From positions 2,628 to 66,627 of the forward strand of contig CAZHBC010000001.1 in assembly GCA_964530715.1 (NCBI GenBank): a stretch of DNA of 64,000 bases, in the 5' to 3' direction. Both the position numbers and the translations under genes were made by a program. The notes below the pieces were generated by a model. The model was not told the DNA's origin, searched no databases, and worked only from the letters and a program-made list of their open reading frames with translations. The stretch is from an uncultured Sutterella sp. Its GTDB lineage: Bacteria > Pseudomonadota > Gammaproteobacteria > Burkholderiales > Burkholderiaceae_F. Below, piece after piece: positions 1 through 13,489 of this stretch; the first letter of the stretch is position 1, and each line of letters opens with the position of its first letter.

Positions 1-1786
1 CTAAGAAACCGAGAGCAATCTCTAAAGACTTCCCTTGCGCTAAAAGGAGTGCCTGCCTTACAAAGGGCGGCATCATCGCTTCTTTCCTCTCAGTAAGCGC
101 ACGCTTAGCGAAAGCCTCATAATCCTGTGCGACAAACTCGGCATAAAGCGGATGTTCGGGGTAACGCGTCTGCACGAGAACGCGTCCCTCGTTACCTGAA
201 CGCCCTGCTCGACCTGCCACCTGCAGTAAAGAAGAGAAAAGTCTCTCCTCAGCCTTAATGCTTGGGCTCACAAGAAGCGCGTCCGAATTGAGAATAACGA
301 CCAGTCCTACGTGCTTAAAGTCGTGCCCTTTGGAAATCATCTGTGTGCCAACGATGATATCTGCCTTACCCTCGTGTATCTGAGAAAAAGCTTCTTCGAC
401 TTGCCGCTTCGTTCTGACGCTATCGCGATCGATGCGAAGGATTCTTCTCTCGGGCCAAAGCGCTGCTATAGCTTCTTCAATTTTCTGCGTTCCTGTCCCA
501 ATAACCTCAATATCCGCATTGCCACAGGTTGGACAGTGGGCGGGAACTGGGTAACTCGTTGAACAATGATGACAAACGAGGCGGTTTTCCTTTTTGTGGT
601 AAACGGTAAACCCCGAACAATGTAGGCAGCGACTAACCCAACCGCATGCCGAGCACGTTACTGTTGGAGCGTACCCTCGTCTATTAATAAAAACGAGTAC
701 TTGTTCGCCTGCGTTAAGCGTTGCCTCTATTGCCGTACGAACGGTGTCTGTAAATACGACTCGCCTCTGTAGCCTAGAGTCAACGAGTTCCACTTTCGGA
801 AGCTTTGCCGCCGAGACAGCACGCTCTGAGAGTCGTAGTAGTGGAAATTTTCCGCTTTTTACCTTTTCCCAGGTTTCTAGTGAAGGCGTGGCAGAGCCCA
901 AAACGCAGGGAGCGTCATTCATCTTTGCTCGCTTAATTGCCAAGTCTCTAGCAGAAAACCGCATTCCGTCTCCTGCCTTATAGCTTTCATCGTGCTCTTC
1001 ATCGACAAGAACGAGGGAAAGTTTCTTAAAACTTGCAAAGATCGACAGGCGCGTTCCCACAAGGATACGAGCCCGGCCTTCGTGAGCGGCTAGCCAATTT
1101 TTGGCTCTCTCTCCTTCACTTAGTGCAGAGTGCAACGTTACAACGATTTCGCTGGGAAACCTTTCTCTTACACGCATCTCAAGCTGCGGCGTAAGATTAA
1201 TTTCTGGAACAAGAAGTAATACTTGATTTTCTGGATCTTTTTTTAGGAATTCCTGCATAACCCGCAGGTAGACCTCAGTCTTTCCTGACCCTGTTACTCC
1301 AAAAAGAACAAAGGGAGAAAAGCCTTTCGCCTCACAGATTGTGCGAACCGCCGTCTCCTGTTCCGCGTTAAGCACTGGAGGTTCTGAGGGGTTTGTCTTT
1401 AGTGGAGAAAGCTTGCGCGCTTTTTCTAAAGAGGCCTCCCGTCTTGCCCGCGGAAGGGTGCGGAAAAATTTCGGCAAACTTCCTATGGCCGCCTCACCCC
1501 AAGAACGAATGTAGTAACTTGCCGCAAACTTTGTTAAATCAAGCCATTCTCGGCGTAGTGGTTCAGTTTCTCCTAATGTACGGATGACTTTTTTTAACTT
1601 TTTAGGATCAACCTCACTGTGAGTCGAGACCGCAACAACAATACCAACAAGCTTACGTGTGCCAAGCGGAACAAGCACGCGGTCGCCCACGGCAACCTCG
1701 GTTTCTTCATCGACCCGATAGTCGAGTTCTCCAAGGGGAGCCTGAACAATGACGCGGGCAAATTGTTCGGTAAGGTTGTGCTGCAT
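1..1786 (-). CDS. priA: Primosomal protein N' (replication restart helicase), 3' end runs off the window
   Basis: Not in the ORF track because no stop lies in the window. Translated by hand from ATG 1786: MQHNLTEQFARVIVQAPLGELDYRV...VGDRVLVPLGTRKLVGIV, Walker A VLFGVTGSGKTEVY, VDEEHD, and FINRRGYAPTVTCSACGWVSRCLHC zinc motif. Confidence 0.95.
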   Translation of the reverse strand, partial: MQHNLTEQFARVIVQAPLGELDYRVDEETEVAVGDRVLVPLGTRKLVGIVVAVSTHSEVDPKKLKKVIRTLGETEPLRREWLDLTKFAASYYIRSWGEAAIGSLPKFFRTLPRARREASLEKARKLSPLKTNPSEPPVLNAEQETAVRTICEAKGFSPFVLFGVTGSGKTEVYLRVMQEFLKKDPENQVLLLVPEINLTPQLEMRVRERFPSEIVVTLHSALSEGERAKNWLAAHEGRARILVGTRLSIFASFKKLSLVLVDEEHDESYKAGDGMRFSARDLAIKRAKMNDAPCVLGSATPSLETWEKVKSGKFPLLRLSERAVSAAKLPKVELVDSRLQRRVVFTDTVRTAIEATLNAGEQVLVFINRRGYAPTVTCSACGWVSRCLHCSGFTVYHKKENRLVCHHCSTSYPVPAHCPTCGNADIEVIGTGTQKIEEAIAALWPERRILRIDRDSVRTKRQVEEAFSQIHEGKADIIVGTQMISKGHDFKHVGLVVILNSDALLVSPSIKAEERLFSSLLQVAGRAGRSGNEGRVLVQTRYPEHPLYAEFVAQDYEAFAKRALTERKEAMMPPFVRQALLLAQGKSLEIALGFL

Positions 1787-1813
1787 GATTAAAACAAATG
1801 GCTCCCTCTAGGG

Positions 1814-2073
1814 TTTTCCACAGTCGTCCGTCTTATTTAAAACGCTTTCTATTTGAAAAATCTCACTTTTCCAAGTTATCCACAAGCTGTGGAAAACTTT
1901 GTGGAAAACTCTCTAACAGTTCTTTTTTCACGTGTATTCACGTCTTTTCTTGCCGTCAGTTGATTCTTTTAAGATTTATTTAAAATCAATGGGTTACAAG
2001 CCGCTCTCTTTAAGAAAATCTTACTACCTCTTAGAAATTTTCGCTTGTCCTATATTTTCTTCGCTGTGGAAAA
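1814..2073. promoter_or_regulatory. DnaA-box cluster (5 consensus boxes) with IHF site; DARS/datA-like
   Basis: TTTTCCACA 1814-1822, TTATCCACA 1876-1884, TGTGGAAAA 1888-1896, 1900-1908 and 2065-2073 all match TTWTNCACA. AATCAATGGGTTA 1984-1996 matches the IHF consensus WATCAANNNNTTR. Confidence 0.8.
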
Positions 2074-2095
2074 CTTTTCCCAATATGCCCTTCTC

Positions 2096-3169
2096 TTAGG
2101 CTTTGTGATAACGCGTTGAAACGCTATGCACAACATCTACGAGTGTTTTCACAGCTTCGGGAGATGTCTGTTGCAAAACGCCGTGCCCCAAGTTAAAGAC
2201 GTGTCCTGCCCTCGCACCTACCTGACCAAACTCCTCTAACACGCGACAGGCTTCTTTTTCCACAGCCGCTTCCGTACTCAGTAACGCCGCAGGATCCATG
2301 TTCCCCTGCAGAGCCACCGCGTCTTTTGTCCTCGTTCTCGCTTTTGCTAGATTCACTGTCCAATCCACACCGATACAGTCAGCACCACACTGTGCGAGAT
2401 CTTCTAACCAATTGCCACCGCCTTTTGTAAAAACGATGATTGGAACGGATTTTTCACCGAGCGTTCTTCTAAGGCACTCGATTACACGACGAATTGGATT
2501 AAGAGAAAATCTCTTAAAGGCCGCCTCCGTAAGAGACCCTCCCCAAGTATCAAAAATCTGTAGCGCCTGTGCGCCGCTTTCTACCTGTGCGGCTAAATAC
2601 GCCGCAACCGCTTTCACATTGACTGCCAAAATCTCTTCCAAGAGTTCAGGTCTACTGTAGAGCATCCCTTTTACGCAGGAGAAATCTCGTGAGGAGCCCC
2701 CTTCTACCATGTAGCAAGCCAACGTGTAAGGAGAGCCCGCAAAACCAATCAATGGCACTCTGCCATTGAGAGCCTTTCGAATAGATACGACGGCATCCAT
2801 GACATAGCGAAGTTTATCTGTTGGGTCTGGAACAAAAAGTCTTCTCACGTCTTCTTCACTGCGTACGGGATGCTCAAATTTTGGGCCTTCTCCTGCGACA
2901 AACCCTAAACCAAGCCCCATCGCATCGGGAACGGTCAAAATATCCGAAAAGAGGATGGCCGCATCGAGTCCAAACCTCTCCACTGGTTGCAATGTCACTT
3001 CGGTAGCCGCCGCAGGATTTTTCGCCAACGCCATAAAACTTCCGCACTGCTCACGCACTCTGCGGTATTCCGGCAAAAACCTTCCTGCCTGTCGCATCAG
3101 CCATATTGGGGTATAGTCTGTCTGCTCACGCCTTAGTGCACGTAAAAAAGTATCGTTTTCCAGTTCCAT
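2096..3169 (-). CDS. hemE: Uroporphyrinogen decarboxylase
   Basis: [32 protein letters not shown] and HVFNLGHG motifs; AGGA upstream of the ATG. Confidence 0.98.
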   Translation of the reverse strand: MELENDTFLRALRREQTDYTPIWLMRQAGRFLPEYRRVREQCGSFMALAKNPAAATEVTLQPVERFGLDAAILFSDILTVPDAMGLGLGFVAGEGPKFEHPVRSEEDVRRLFVPDPTDKLRYVMDAVVSIRKALNGRVPLIGFAGSPYTLACYMVEGGSSRDFSCVKGMLYSRPELLEEILAVNVKAVAAYLAAQVESGAQALQIFDTWGGSLTEAAFKRFSLNPIRRVIECLRRTLGEKSVPIIVFTKGGGNWLEDLAQCGADCIGVDWTVNLAKARTRTKDAVALQGNMDPAALLSTEAAVEKEACRVLEEFGQVGARAGHVFNLGHGVLQQTSPEAVKTLVDVVHSVSTRYHKA

Positions 3170-3500
3170 GGCATCCTGCGATTCGGTTAATTCTCAAAAA
3201 ATTTCGTCTTCTCTTCCCGAGTGGCTCTCTGCTACTGAGGACGGCGTATCGCTACTCGTCCATGTTCAGCCAGGTGCAAAAAAAGACGCTGTCACGGGTA
3301 ATTTTAACGGACGTCTGAAGATTAGCCTCAGTGCGCCTCCCGTTGACGGAAAAGCCAACGAACGACTCATCCGTTGGCTTTCAAAAAAACTAGGTCTTCC
3401 CCGCTCCTCTCTCACGCTTGTTAGCGGATTAACGAGCAGAGACAAACGACTTCTTATCCGAGGGATTCAGCCCTCGGATGCGCTTCAAAAACTTTCCTAG
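3168..3500 (+). CDS. DUF167/UPF0235 (YggU-like) protein
   Basis: VHVQPGAKK...[22 protein letters not shown]...SGLTSRDK signature; start uncertain. Confidence 0.85.
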   Translation: MASCDSVNSQKISSSLPEWLSATEDGVSLLVHVQPGAKKDAVTGNFNGRLKISLSAPPVDGKANERLIRWLSKKLGLPRSSLTLVSGLTSRDKRLLIRGIQPSDALQKLS

Positions 3501-3886
3501 CGAACGACAAGAACAGGTCTATCGGCGCTCGCAAGAACCTTCTGTGTTTCTGAACCCAAAAATACAGACTCAATCGAACCGAGACCACGGCTTGCCATCA
3601 CGATAAGACGAGCATGTTTTCTCACAGCAACTGCAAGGATGCCAAGATAGGGGGCCTGCGCCTCTTCGGCAACGAGTTCACAGGCAAGGCCCGCCGCTTT
3701 TGCCTTCTCGGCTACGGCGGTCAATCGTGCACGAACGTCTTCACGCTCTCCTGCCTTTCCCTTGACAACAGTGACCGCAACAAGCGGCAACTCCATTTTC
3801 TTCGCTAAGGAAATGGCCTCATCGACGGCTTTGTCGGAAATCTTGCTACCGTCTGTGCAAACTTGAATAACTTCGGAGGTTGCCAT
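3497..3886 (-). CDS. Universal stress protein (UspA family)
   Basis: VCTDGS N-terminus and LIVMASRG...FLGSETQKVL...PVLVVR C-terminus; AAGGAG SD. Confidence 0.93.
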   Translation of the reverse strand: MATSEVIQVCTDGSKISDKAVDEAISLAKKMELPLVAVTVVKGKAGEREDVRARLTAVAEKAKAAGLACELVAEEAQAPYLGILAVAVRKHARLIVMASRGLGSIESVFLGSETQKVLASADRPVLVVR

Positions 3887-3932
3887 TTCTTCTCTCCTTA
3901 TGAAAAGGTTCTCTTACCCCTAATCCTAATAG

Positions 3933-3980
3933 AAAAAAACGGATTCGTCCGAGATTTCTCTCGCACTCCTCCGTTTCTTT
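3933..3980 (-). terminator. Probable intrinsic terminator of the atp operon
   Basis: The minus strand reads AAACGGA...CGAGA-GAAA-TCTCG...TCCGT followed by a T-tract, just after the atpC stop. Confidence 0.55.
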
Positions 3981-3998
3981 GTGTCAGCAAGGCAAAAA

Positions 3999-4415
3999 TT
4001 ACTGTCCTTGGCGTAGCTTCTTGATGAACTGCAACTGCGCGGACAAGGCAGAGAGCTTCGCCTGCACGAGAGCAATATCAATTTCGCCTGAGGCTTTCTC
4101 TTTTGCGTGTTCGGCCGCTTCGATAGCCTGCTTGGCTTTCGCTTCGTCCAAATCCTTGCTACGAACCGCAACGTCTGCAAGCACTGTCACACGGTCAGGC
4201 TGCACTTCTAAGAGCCCACCTGCGACGAAGATGCTTTCCTCGGTTCCTGCTGCTGTTTGCACACGCACGGCCCCCGGACGAATCCGAGTAATGAGCGGCA
4301 CATGTCCGGGCAGGATGCCGAGTTCGCCTTCTTGGCCTGGCAAGGCGACGAACTTCGCCTCGCCGGAAAAGACGGACGCTTCTGCGCTGACGACATCAAC
4401 CACAATCGTTGCCAT
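3999..4415 (-). CDS. atpC: ATP synthase F1 epsilon subunit
   Basis: [12 protein letters not shown] and [16 protein letters not shown]; operon position. Confidence 0.97.
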   Translation of the reverse strand: MATIVVDVVSAEASVFSGEAKFVALPGQEGELGILPGHVPLITRIRPGAVRVQTAAGTEESIFVAGGLLEVQPDRVTVLADVAVRSKDLDEAKAKQAIEAAEHAKEKASGEIDIALVQAKLSALSAQLQFIKKLRQGQ

Positions 4416-4427
4416 GTTTTGCTCCGT

Positions 4428-5834
<1,407 letters not shown>

Positions 5835-5857
5835 TTATTCCTCGGTCCTCAAATCTT

Positions 5858-6742
5858 TTACGACACGGCGGCGGCACCACCGACGATTTCGGTGATTTCC
5901 TTCGTAATGCCGGCCTGACGAGTCTTGTTGTAGACGAGTTGCAATTCGTCAATCAACTTCTTAGCGTTGTCCGAAGCCGCCTTCATGGCGACCATACGGG
6001 CAGACTGCTCAGAAGCAATGTTCTCTGCAACTGCTTGATAAATTAATGTTTCGACGTAGCGCTTTAGCAACTCATCGAGAACGGTTTGCGGGTCTGGCTC
6101 ATACAGATAGTCCCACGAATATTCGCGTTCCTTTTCTCCGAGCGACTGCAGTTTGTCATCTGTAAGCGGAAGAAGCTGTTCAATAACGGGTTCCTGCTTC
6201 ATCGCGTTGATAAAGCGAGTGTACGCCAAGTAAACAACATCAACCTTCCCTTCACTGTAGGCATCCAACTGCGCACGAATCGTGCCTAAGAGCTTTCCGA
6301 GACTCGGACGGTCGCCCAACTGAACAGCCTGCGACGTAACCTCCAAGTGCATATGCGAACAAAATGCCACTGCCTTGTTGCCAATGGCGGTCACGCAAAG
6401 CGACTTGCCTTCTTCATGCAGGGTCTGCATTTGATGCAAGACATGACGCTGAATGTTCGTGTTCAATGCACCGGCTAAGCCCTTATCGGTCGTAACCATA
6501 ATCAAGGCAACCTTGCCGGTCTCCTTGGTGTGCTTCTCAAGGAACGGATGCTTATAGGCAACATTCGACGCCGCCAAGTGCGCAATGATGTTGCGCAACT
6601 TGTCTGCGTAAGGGCGCGTCTGGAACATCCTCTCTTGCGCCTTACGCATCTTCGAGGCTGCCACCATCTGCATCGCCTTGGTAATCTTCCGCGTGTTTTG
6701 CACGCTTCGGATTTTTCCGCGTATTTCCTTTGTGCTAGGCAT
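5858..6742 (-). CDS. atpG: ATP synthase F1 gamma subunit
   Basis: [49 protein letters not shown]. Confidence 0.99.
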   Translation of the reverse strand: MPSTKEIRGKIRSVQNTRKITKAMQMVAASKMRKAQERMFQTRPYADKLRNIIAHLAASNVAYKHPFLEKHTKETGKVALIMVTTDKGLAGALNTNIQRHVLHQMQTLHEEGKSLCVTAIGNKAVAFCSHMHLEVTSQAVQLGDRPSLGKLLGTIRAQLDAYSEGKVDVVYLAYTRFINAMKQEPVIEQLLPLTDDKLQSLGEKEREYSWDYLYEPDPQTVLDELLKRYVETLIYQAVAENIASEQSARMVAMKAASDNAKKLIDELQLVYNKTRQAGITKEITEIVGGAAAVS

Positions 6743-6759
6743 GGAGGTTCCTCAGCTCG

Positions 6760-8301
6760 TTAAAACGCCACCGTCTTCTTGAATGCCGCAATCGCATCCT
6801 GCATGACAGTACGGTCTTCTGCCGAGAGCACCTTCGTCTCTTCGATGCGATCGAGGAGATCCTGATGATGCTGCTTGAGGTATTCACGCATCTCGTGCTC
6901 AACCTTAAGAGCGTTCTTCACAGGAACATCATCGTAGGCACCAACTTCAACAGCAAAGAGTGTGACGGCTTCTTCCCAAACCTGAAGCGGTTCGTACTGC
7001 GGCTGCTTCATCAGTTCGGTTACGATACGACCACGTTCAAGTTGCTTACGTGTGGCTTCGTCCAAGTCGCTAGCAAACTGCGCAAAGGCAGCAAGTTCAC
7101 GGTACTGAGCCAAGGCCAAGCGGACGCCACCACCGAGCTTCTTAATAATCTTTGTCTGCGCAGCGCCACCGACACGGCTCACGGAAATACCCGGGTTAAT
7201 AGCCGGACGAATACCCGCGTTGAACAAGTCGGTCTCAAGGAAGATCTGTCCGTCGGTAATGGAAATCACGTTCGTCGGAACGAAGGCGGTCACGTCGCCT
7301 GCCTGCGTTTCAATAATCGGAAGAGCTGTCATGGAACCAGTCTTGCCCTTGACTTTACCCTTCGTGAAACGCTCCACATAGGTCGCATTAACTCGTGCAG
7401 CACGCTCGAGCAAACGGCTATGTAGGTAGAAGACGTCACCAGGATAGGCTTCGCGTCCTGGCGGACGACGCAGCAGTAAGGAAATCTGGCGATATGCCCA
7501 AGCCTGCTTTGTTAAGTCATCGTAAACGATAAGGCTATCTTCACCGCGGTCGCGGAAGTATTCGCCCATCGTCGCGCCAGCGTACGGAGCGATGTACTGC
7601 ATTGCCGCAGAGTCAGAGGCCGCAGCCGCAACGATGATGGTGTAATCCATTGCACCGTGTGCTTCGAGCTGACGGACCACGTTAGCAATCGTACTTGCCT
7701 TTTGGCCGATAGCAACATAGATGCAGGTAAGGTTCTTGCCCTTCTGATTGATAATCGTATCAATTGCGATAGCTGTCTTACCTGTCTGGCGGTCGCCAAT
7801 GATTAATTCACGCTGTCCACGACCGATAGGAATCATCGCATCGATGGACTTGAGACCTGTCTGAACAGGCTGGCTCACGGACTGACGATCAATAACGCCA
7901 GGAGCAACCTTTTCGACAACGTCATATTCATTTGTCTTAATCGGGCCCTTACCATCGATTGGCTGACCGAGAGCATTCACAACACGACCAATCAGTGCGG
8001 GACCAACTGGGACAGAAAGAATTCTGCCTGTTGTTTTAACGGTATCGCCTTCACGAATGTGCTCGTAGCTACCGAGAATCACGGCGCCCACAGAGTCTCT
8101 TTCGAGGTTAAGAGCCAAACCATATGTGTTCTGAGGAAATTCAAGCATTTCACCCTGCATCACGTCCTGAAGACCGTGAACACGGCAAATGCCGTCGGTC
8201 ACCGTTACTACGGTGCCCTGTGTACGAAGATCAGTCGAAACGCCAAGATCCTCAATTCTCTTCTTGAGCAGTTCGCTAATTTCGCTTGGATTGAGCTGCA
8301 T
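6760..8301 (-). CDS. atpA: ATP synthase F1 alpha subunit
   Basis: [30 protein letters not shown]. Confidence 0.99.
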   Translation of the reverse strand: MQLNPSEISELLKKRIEDLGVSTDLRTQGTVVTVTDGICRVHGLQDVMQGEMLEFPQNTYGLALNLERDSVGAVILGSYEHIREGDTVKTTGRILSVPVGPALIGRVVNALGQPIDGKGPIKTNEYDVVEKVAPGVIDRQSVSQPVQTGLKSIDAMIPIGRGQRELIIGDRQTGKTAIAIDTIINQKGKNLTCIYVAIGQKASTIANVVRQLEAHGAMDYTIIVAAAASDSAAMQYIAPYAGATMGEYFRDRGEDSLIVYDDLTKQAWAYRQISLLLRRPPGREAYPGDVFYLHSRLLERAARVNATYVERFTKGKVKGKTGSMTALPIIETQAGDVTAFVPTNVISITDGQIFLETDLFNAGIRPAINPGISVSRVGGAAQTKIIKKLGGGVRLALAQYRELAAFAQFASDLDEATRKQLERGRIVTELMKQPQYEPLQVWEEAVTLFAVEVGAYDDVPVKNALKVEHEMREYLKQHHQDLLDRIEETKVLSAEDRTVMQDAIAAFKKTVAF

Positions 8302-8318
8302 TTTTTGAACTCCGGTAT

Positions 8319-8867
8319 TTACGCTGTAAGGGCCGCTTGCATCTGTGCAAGTCTTGCACGCACCGAGCCATCAAGGATTTGATCTCCGACGCGAATACAC
8401 ACGCCACCAATCAAATCTGGATTAACTGTGACAATCGGATTGAGCTTAACGTTGGGAAACTTCTTTTCCAAACTTTCGACGAGCTGAGAAACCTGCGTCG
8501 GCGTCATCTCGAAGGCACTCTCGATATGAGCTTCCTCAACGCCGGAAGCGGCATTCACCAGCCCTTTGAACTGTTTGGCAATTTCGCCAAGCACAGAAAG
8601 ACGCCCGTTCTCGATTACGGCTAAGAGGAGCCCTTCAAGCTCCTTAGGAACTCCGTCACCGAGAGATTTCTTTATGGCCTCAAAAAGCTCCGTCTTCGTC
8701 AGTTTAGGATCGGTGACAAGCGGCGACATTTCTGGGCTAAGAATCACTCCCGAAAGGCTTTCGAGCCCTTCGGAAATCGCTTTCACCTTAGCCGCTGTCG
8801 GATTGTCTCCGAGAGCTGCCCAAAGACCATGAGCATACGGCCGTGCAATCGTTGAAAGTTCAGCCAT
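8319..8867 (-). CDS. atpH: ATP synthase F1 delta subunit
   Basis: [31 protein letters not shown]. Confidence 0.97.
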   Translation of the reverse strand: MAELSTIARPYAHGLWAALGDNPTAAKVKAISEGLESLSGVILSPEMSPLVTDPKLTKTELFEAIKKSLGDGVPKELEGLLLAVIENGRLSVLGEIAKQFKGLVNAASGVEEAHIESAFEMTPTQVSQLVESLEKKFPNVKLNPIVTVNPDLIGGVCIRVGDQILDGSVRARLAQMQAALTA

Positions 8868-8869
8868 AG

Positions 8870-9340
8870 TTAAAGTTTCGCCTTCAGTTGAGCCAAGAGC
8901 TTCGCATGCGCGTTCGCATCGATTTCTCTTTCGAGAATCTTCTGCGCGCCGGCGACAGCCAACGCAGCAACATCTTCGCGCAATTGTTCACGGACACGGT
9001 CCATTTCTTGCACGGCTTCAGCCTTGGCTTCCGCAACGATGCGATCCGCCTCAACTTTAGCTTGCTGCTTGGCCTCCTCGACAATCTTCGCGCCGCGCTT
9101 TTCGCCGTCAGAAACGATTACCGATGCACGAGCTCTCGCTTCGGCCTCAATTTCCCGTCCCTTGACTTGCGCGTCATTCAAAGCATTGTTGCCTTTCTCG
9201 GCCGCAGCCAATCCAGCCGCAATCTTCTGCTGACGCTCTTCAATCGCCTTAATAAGCGGCGGCCAGATGTACTTCATCGTGATGTAACAACCGATGAAGA
9301 ACACGACCATCTGTACAAACAAAGAGGCATTAATGTTCAT
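8870..9340 (-). CDS. atpF: ATP synthase Fo subunit b
   Basis: MNINASLFVQ...WPPLIKAIEERQQKIAAGL followed by coiled coil. Confidence 0.97.
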   Translation of the reverse strand: MNINASLFVQMVVFFIGCYITMKYIWPPLIKAIEERQQKIAAGLAAAEKGNNALNDAQVKGREIEAEARARASVIVSDGEKRGAKIVEEAKQQAKVEADRIVAEAKAEAVQEMDRVREQLREDVAALAVAGAQKILEREIDANAHAKLLAQLKAKL

Positions 9341-9420
9341 TATCGAAACCCCATTGGGCCCGGATCTTGCCGCCTATTCGGCTTGAATCCTTGAGCCCCG
9401 TCATTGATGAAAAATTTCAA

Positions 9421-10532
<1,112 letters not shown>

Positions 10533-10554
10533 AAACGCGAATCCCTTAATCTCG

Positions 10555-10905
10555 CTATTTCCCAATAAGTAGCGCCAAGCTACTAAGTGCGGCAATGGCG
10601 ACACCCAAGAGCATCGCCGGCCAATTTAATCCCGTGTAAAACATGGCGACGAGTAACAGTAACAAGCACGCTATCGCCATCTTTAAAAACTCAAAAAGCA
10701 ACAAGCTTGCAGGACTCCCGCCACCCTTCGATAGCGAGATAAGCAAACTCAGTGCGACAAGCGTATTTGGTATAGCAATACATGCTCCTCCCGCTATGCA
10801 GGAGAAAGCCGCGTTGAATCCAAAAAATATGCCGACACTCAAGGCCCCAATAAAAACAAGGGCGTACTGCCAAAGGATCACGCGAATCACCGTGCGTCGA
10901 TTCAC
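10555..10905 (-). CDS. atpI: ATP synthase protein I
   Basis: Four hydrophobic segments with GGACIAIPN and EFLK; first gene of the atp operon; GAGGA SD. Confidence 0.85.
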   Translation of the reverse strand: MNRRTVIRVILWQYALVFIGALSVGIFFGFNAAFSCIAGGACIAIPNTLVALSLLISLSKGGGSPASLLLFEFLKMAIACLLLLLVAMFYTGLNWPAMLLGVAIAALSSLALLIGK

Positions 10906-11019
10906 TTTATCCTCGTCTCTTTTGAATTTTTGCGTATTTTAAGAAGTTGTATTTACTTTAACAACTAGTCAACAGGCTAGGAAAACTACTCCTAACGACT
11001 AGCAAGCTCTCCTAATTAC

Positions 11020-11895
11020 CTAGTCCTCTGGGCTAATTTTTGAGACGATTGCATCTAGGTCATCCAAATTTGCAAAATCAATGACAATTTGCCCCTTACC
11101 TCTGCGACCAAGAACGAGTCGCACAGGAGCCCCAAGAGCCTCAGAAAGTCTTTCTTCGAGAATCTGATCGTCACGTGTCTTTTTGCTCACCTTTCTGATG
11201 GGCTTTCTTGTCTTCTCTTCCTTGCGACGCTCAGCGATTCTTTCTGCTTCGCGGACACTAAGCTGTTTAGCTATGATTTCATTGGACAATTCAATCTGTT
11301 CTGCCCCAGTAAGTGGCAATAGTGCCCGAGCGTGACCCATTTCAATCTTAGAGTCAGCAAGTAGGCGCTGTACTGGTTTTGCTAGTGTCAGTAAGCGAAG
11401 CAAGTTGCTTGTCGCTGGTCTGCTACGCCCAATAGCCTGTGCGGCCTGCTCATGCGTGTAATCAAATTCATCAATAAGCCTACGAATACCTAGAGCTTCT
11501 TCCATCGCATTGAGATCTTCGCGTTGCATATTCTCAATTAGAGCCATGGCAAGAGCATCTTTGTCTTGGACCTTTCTCACAATGGCAGGGACGGTCTTCC
11601 TCTCGGCAATCTTAGAGGCACGAAAACGCCGTTCTCCGGCGATAATTTCGTACTTACCGCCCTTAATCGGTCGAACAACGATTGGATTGATAACCCCCTG
11701 CTCTCGGATGGAGTCCGCCAATTCTTTTAGGCGTTCCATTTCCATTTTGCTTCGTGGCTGATACTTCCCTGCAACGAGTTTTTCGATGTCAATCTCTGTA
11801 ATAACATCCTTTCCTGCCGCAACCGCTGGGACATCTTCCCCCAGGAGGCTCGTCAAACCACGACCAAGACCACGTCTTTGTTTTTTTGCGACCAT
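11020..11895 (-). CDS. parB: Chromosome partitioning protein ParB
   Basis: RGLGRGL N-terminus, YQPR, IIAGERRFRA, ALIENMQREDLN and HTH. Confidence 0.98.
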   Translation of the reverse strand: MVAKKQRRGLGRGLTSLLGEDVPAVAAGKDVITEIDIEKLVAGKYQPRSKMEMERLKELADSIREQGVINPIVVRPIKGGKYEIIAGERRFRASKIAERKTVPAIVRKVQDKDALAMALIENMQREDLNAMEEALGIRRLIDEFDYTHEQAAQAIGRSRPATSNLLRLLTLAKPVQRLLADSKIEMGHARALLPLTGAEQIELSNEIIAKQLSVREAERIAERRKEEKTRKPIRKVSKKTRDDQILEERLSEALGAPVRLVLGRRGKGQIVIDFANLDDLDAIVSKISPED

Positions 11896-12690
11896 TTACT
11901 TCTCCCTTTTCCTGCGAACGCCACGAATCCCTACTCGGTGAAGAAGTTCTTTACCGAATTCCATATAAGCACGAGCACCACGACTTGACGGCTCAAAAAT
12001 CACCCCTGGCAAACCAAACGACGGAGCCTCCGCAAGCCGCACGTTTCTTGGAATGACTGTGTCAAAGACACGATCACCAAAGTTTTCTTTCAATTGGTCA
12101 CTTACCTGCTGCTGTAGTGTTAGCCTCGGGTCAAACATCACGCGTAGTAGCCCAATAAGCCTCAAGTCATCATTCTTGTTGTAACGGACGCGCTTTACGG
12201 TGTTGACCAAGTCGCTTAATCCCTCTAAGGCAAAGTATTCACACTGCATCGGAATGATGACGCCGATAGCTGCGCAAAATGCATTGACTGTCACAACAGA
12301 AAGCGATGGCGGGCAGTCAATTAGGATAAAGTCGTAATCCTTTACGACTGGATCCAAGGCATTTTTTAACTGTTCATCAGGTTTTGAGAACTCCACAAGC
12401 TCAATTTCCGCAGCTGATAACTCTCGATTCGAAGGCAGGACATCGTAGCCACTTTGCTCGGCTTTAATAATTGCCTTACGAGCTCCGGCCTTACCGATAA
12501 GGACCTCATAGACAGAAGGGTTACATTGACTCTTTTCAATTCCAGAGCCCATTGTTGCGTTTCCCTGAGGATCAAGGTCAACAAGGAGAACCTTTTGCCC
12601 GTATTTTGCTAGAGCCGCTGCCAAATTCACCGTCGTTGTTGTTTTACCAACACCGCCTTTTTGATTGGCAATACAGAAAACTTTTGCCAT
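11896..12690 (-). CDS. parA: Chromosome partitioning ATPase ParA/Soj
   Basis: ANQKGGVGKTTT, DLDPQGNAT, IPRNVRLAEAPS; start at MAKVF after GAGGAG SD. Confidence 0.98.
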   Translation of the reverse strand: MAKVFCIANQKGGVGKTTTTVNLAAALAKYGQKVLLVDLDPQGNATMGSGIEKSQCNPSVYEVLIGKAGARKAIIKAEQSGYDVLPSNRELSAAEIELVEFSKPDEQLKNALDPVVKDYDFILIDCPPSLSVVTVNAFCAAIGVIIPMQCEYFALEGLSDLVNTVKRVRYNKNDDLRLIGLLRVMFDPRLTLQQQVSDQLKENFGDRVFDTVIPRNVRLAEAPSFGLPGVIFEPSSRGARAYMEFGKELLHRVGIRGVRRKREK

Positions 12691-12709
12691 AACTCCTCTA
12701 CCCTCCTCT

Positions 12710-13372
12710 TTAGTGAGGCAATCCGGCCCAAAGACCGCTAAACCCTGTCCAGAAAACCGACACACCAATACAAATCAGAATAAATGCGAAAATTCTTGTA
12801 AATGCATTTGTTCCCACAGCACCAAGCATCCGCGTCACGCTGTCACTATGGGCATAGCAAACCCAAACTAATAAGCAATTGAGAACAATACCCGCTAGAC
12901 ACCCTGCCACCTGCGCAATACCATGCATCGGCGTAGCACCAAAAGCAACTGCAACAGAAATTGAACCTGGCCCCGTGGTCACAGGCAATGTAAGCGGGAA
13001 AAAAGCCATCTCCGAATAAACATGACGAATCGGAGGACCATCTCTTTTCATACTCGCCCCGTCTGCATCCCCTTCATGCAGAACTTTCCATCCCGTGCTA
13101 AAGAGAACGGCACCACCTGCGACACGCAGGACGTCAATCGAGATTCCAAAAAACTTCAAGATGATGTTTCCCGCGAAAAGACTCACAAGAAGCACAATAA
13201 AAGAATAGATTGCAACACGACGAGCAAGTTTGGCTCTCTCCGCGTGTTCAATTCCACTTGTCATCGAGAGGAAAAGCATCGCCCCGCCAAATGGATTGAT
13301 TGCCGGCATAAAAGAAGAAAAGACCATCAGCAAAGTCGTGGAAAAAACCAAACTTTCAGATCCGCTAAACAT
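12710..13372 (-). CDS. MarC family inner membrane protein
   Basis: INPFG, FFGISIDVLRVAGG, PLTLPVTTGPGSI motifs. Confidence 0.92.
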   Translation of the reverse strand: MFSGSESLVFSTTLLMVFSSFMPAINPFGGAMLFLSMTSGIEHAERAKLARRVAIYSFIVLLVSLFAGNIILKFFGISIDVLRVAGGAVLFSTGWKVLHEGDADGASMKRDGPPIRHVYSEMAFFPLTLPVTTGPGSISVAVAFGATPMHGIAQVAGCLAGIVLNCLLVWVCYAHSDSVTRMLGAVGTNAFTRIFAFILICIGVSVFWTGFSGLWAGLPH

Positions 13373-13489
13373 TTTTCTTCCAAAAAGTGAATATTTTTTC
13401 TTTTGTTACAACATTGAAATAAAAGGGAATTTTTGCTGTTTTACCTCAAATACCCCGCATTTATTTCACCTCAAACCAAAAACAACCGC

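Noticed and set aside
1924..1943. TTTTTCACGTGTATTCACGT as a third parS
   Set aside because: About five mismatches to the 16-bp consensus; not palindromic beyond the core.
1787..2095. hemE-adjacent DnaA-box cluster as oriC (as in alphaproteobacteria)
   Set aside because: No DnaA-trio/GC-spacer module is visible and strand composition does not appear to switch here; kept as a DARS/datA-like candidate.
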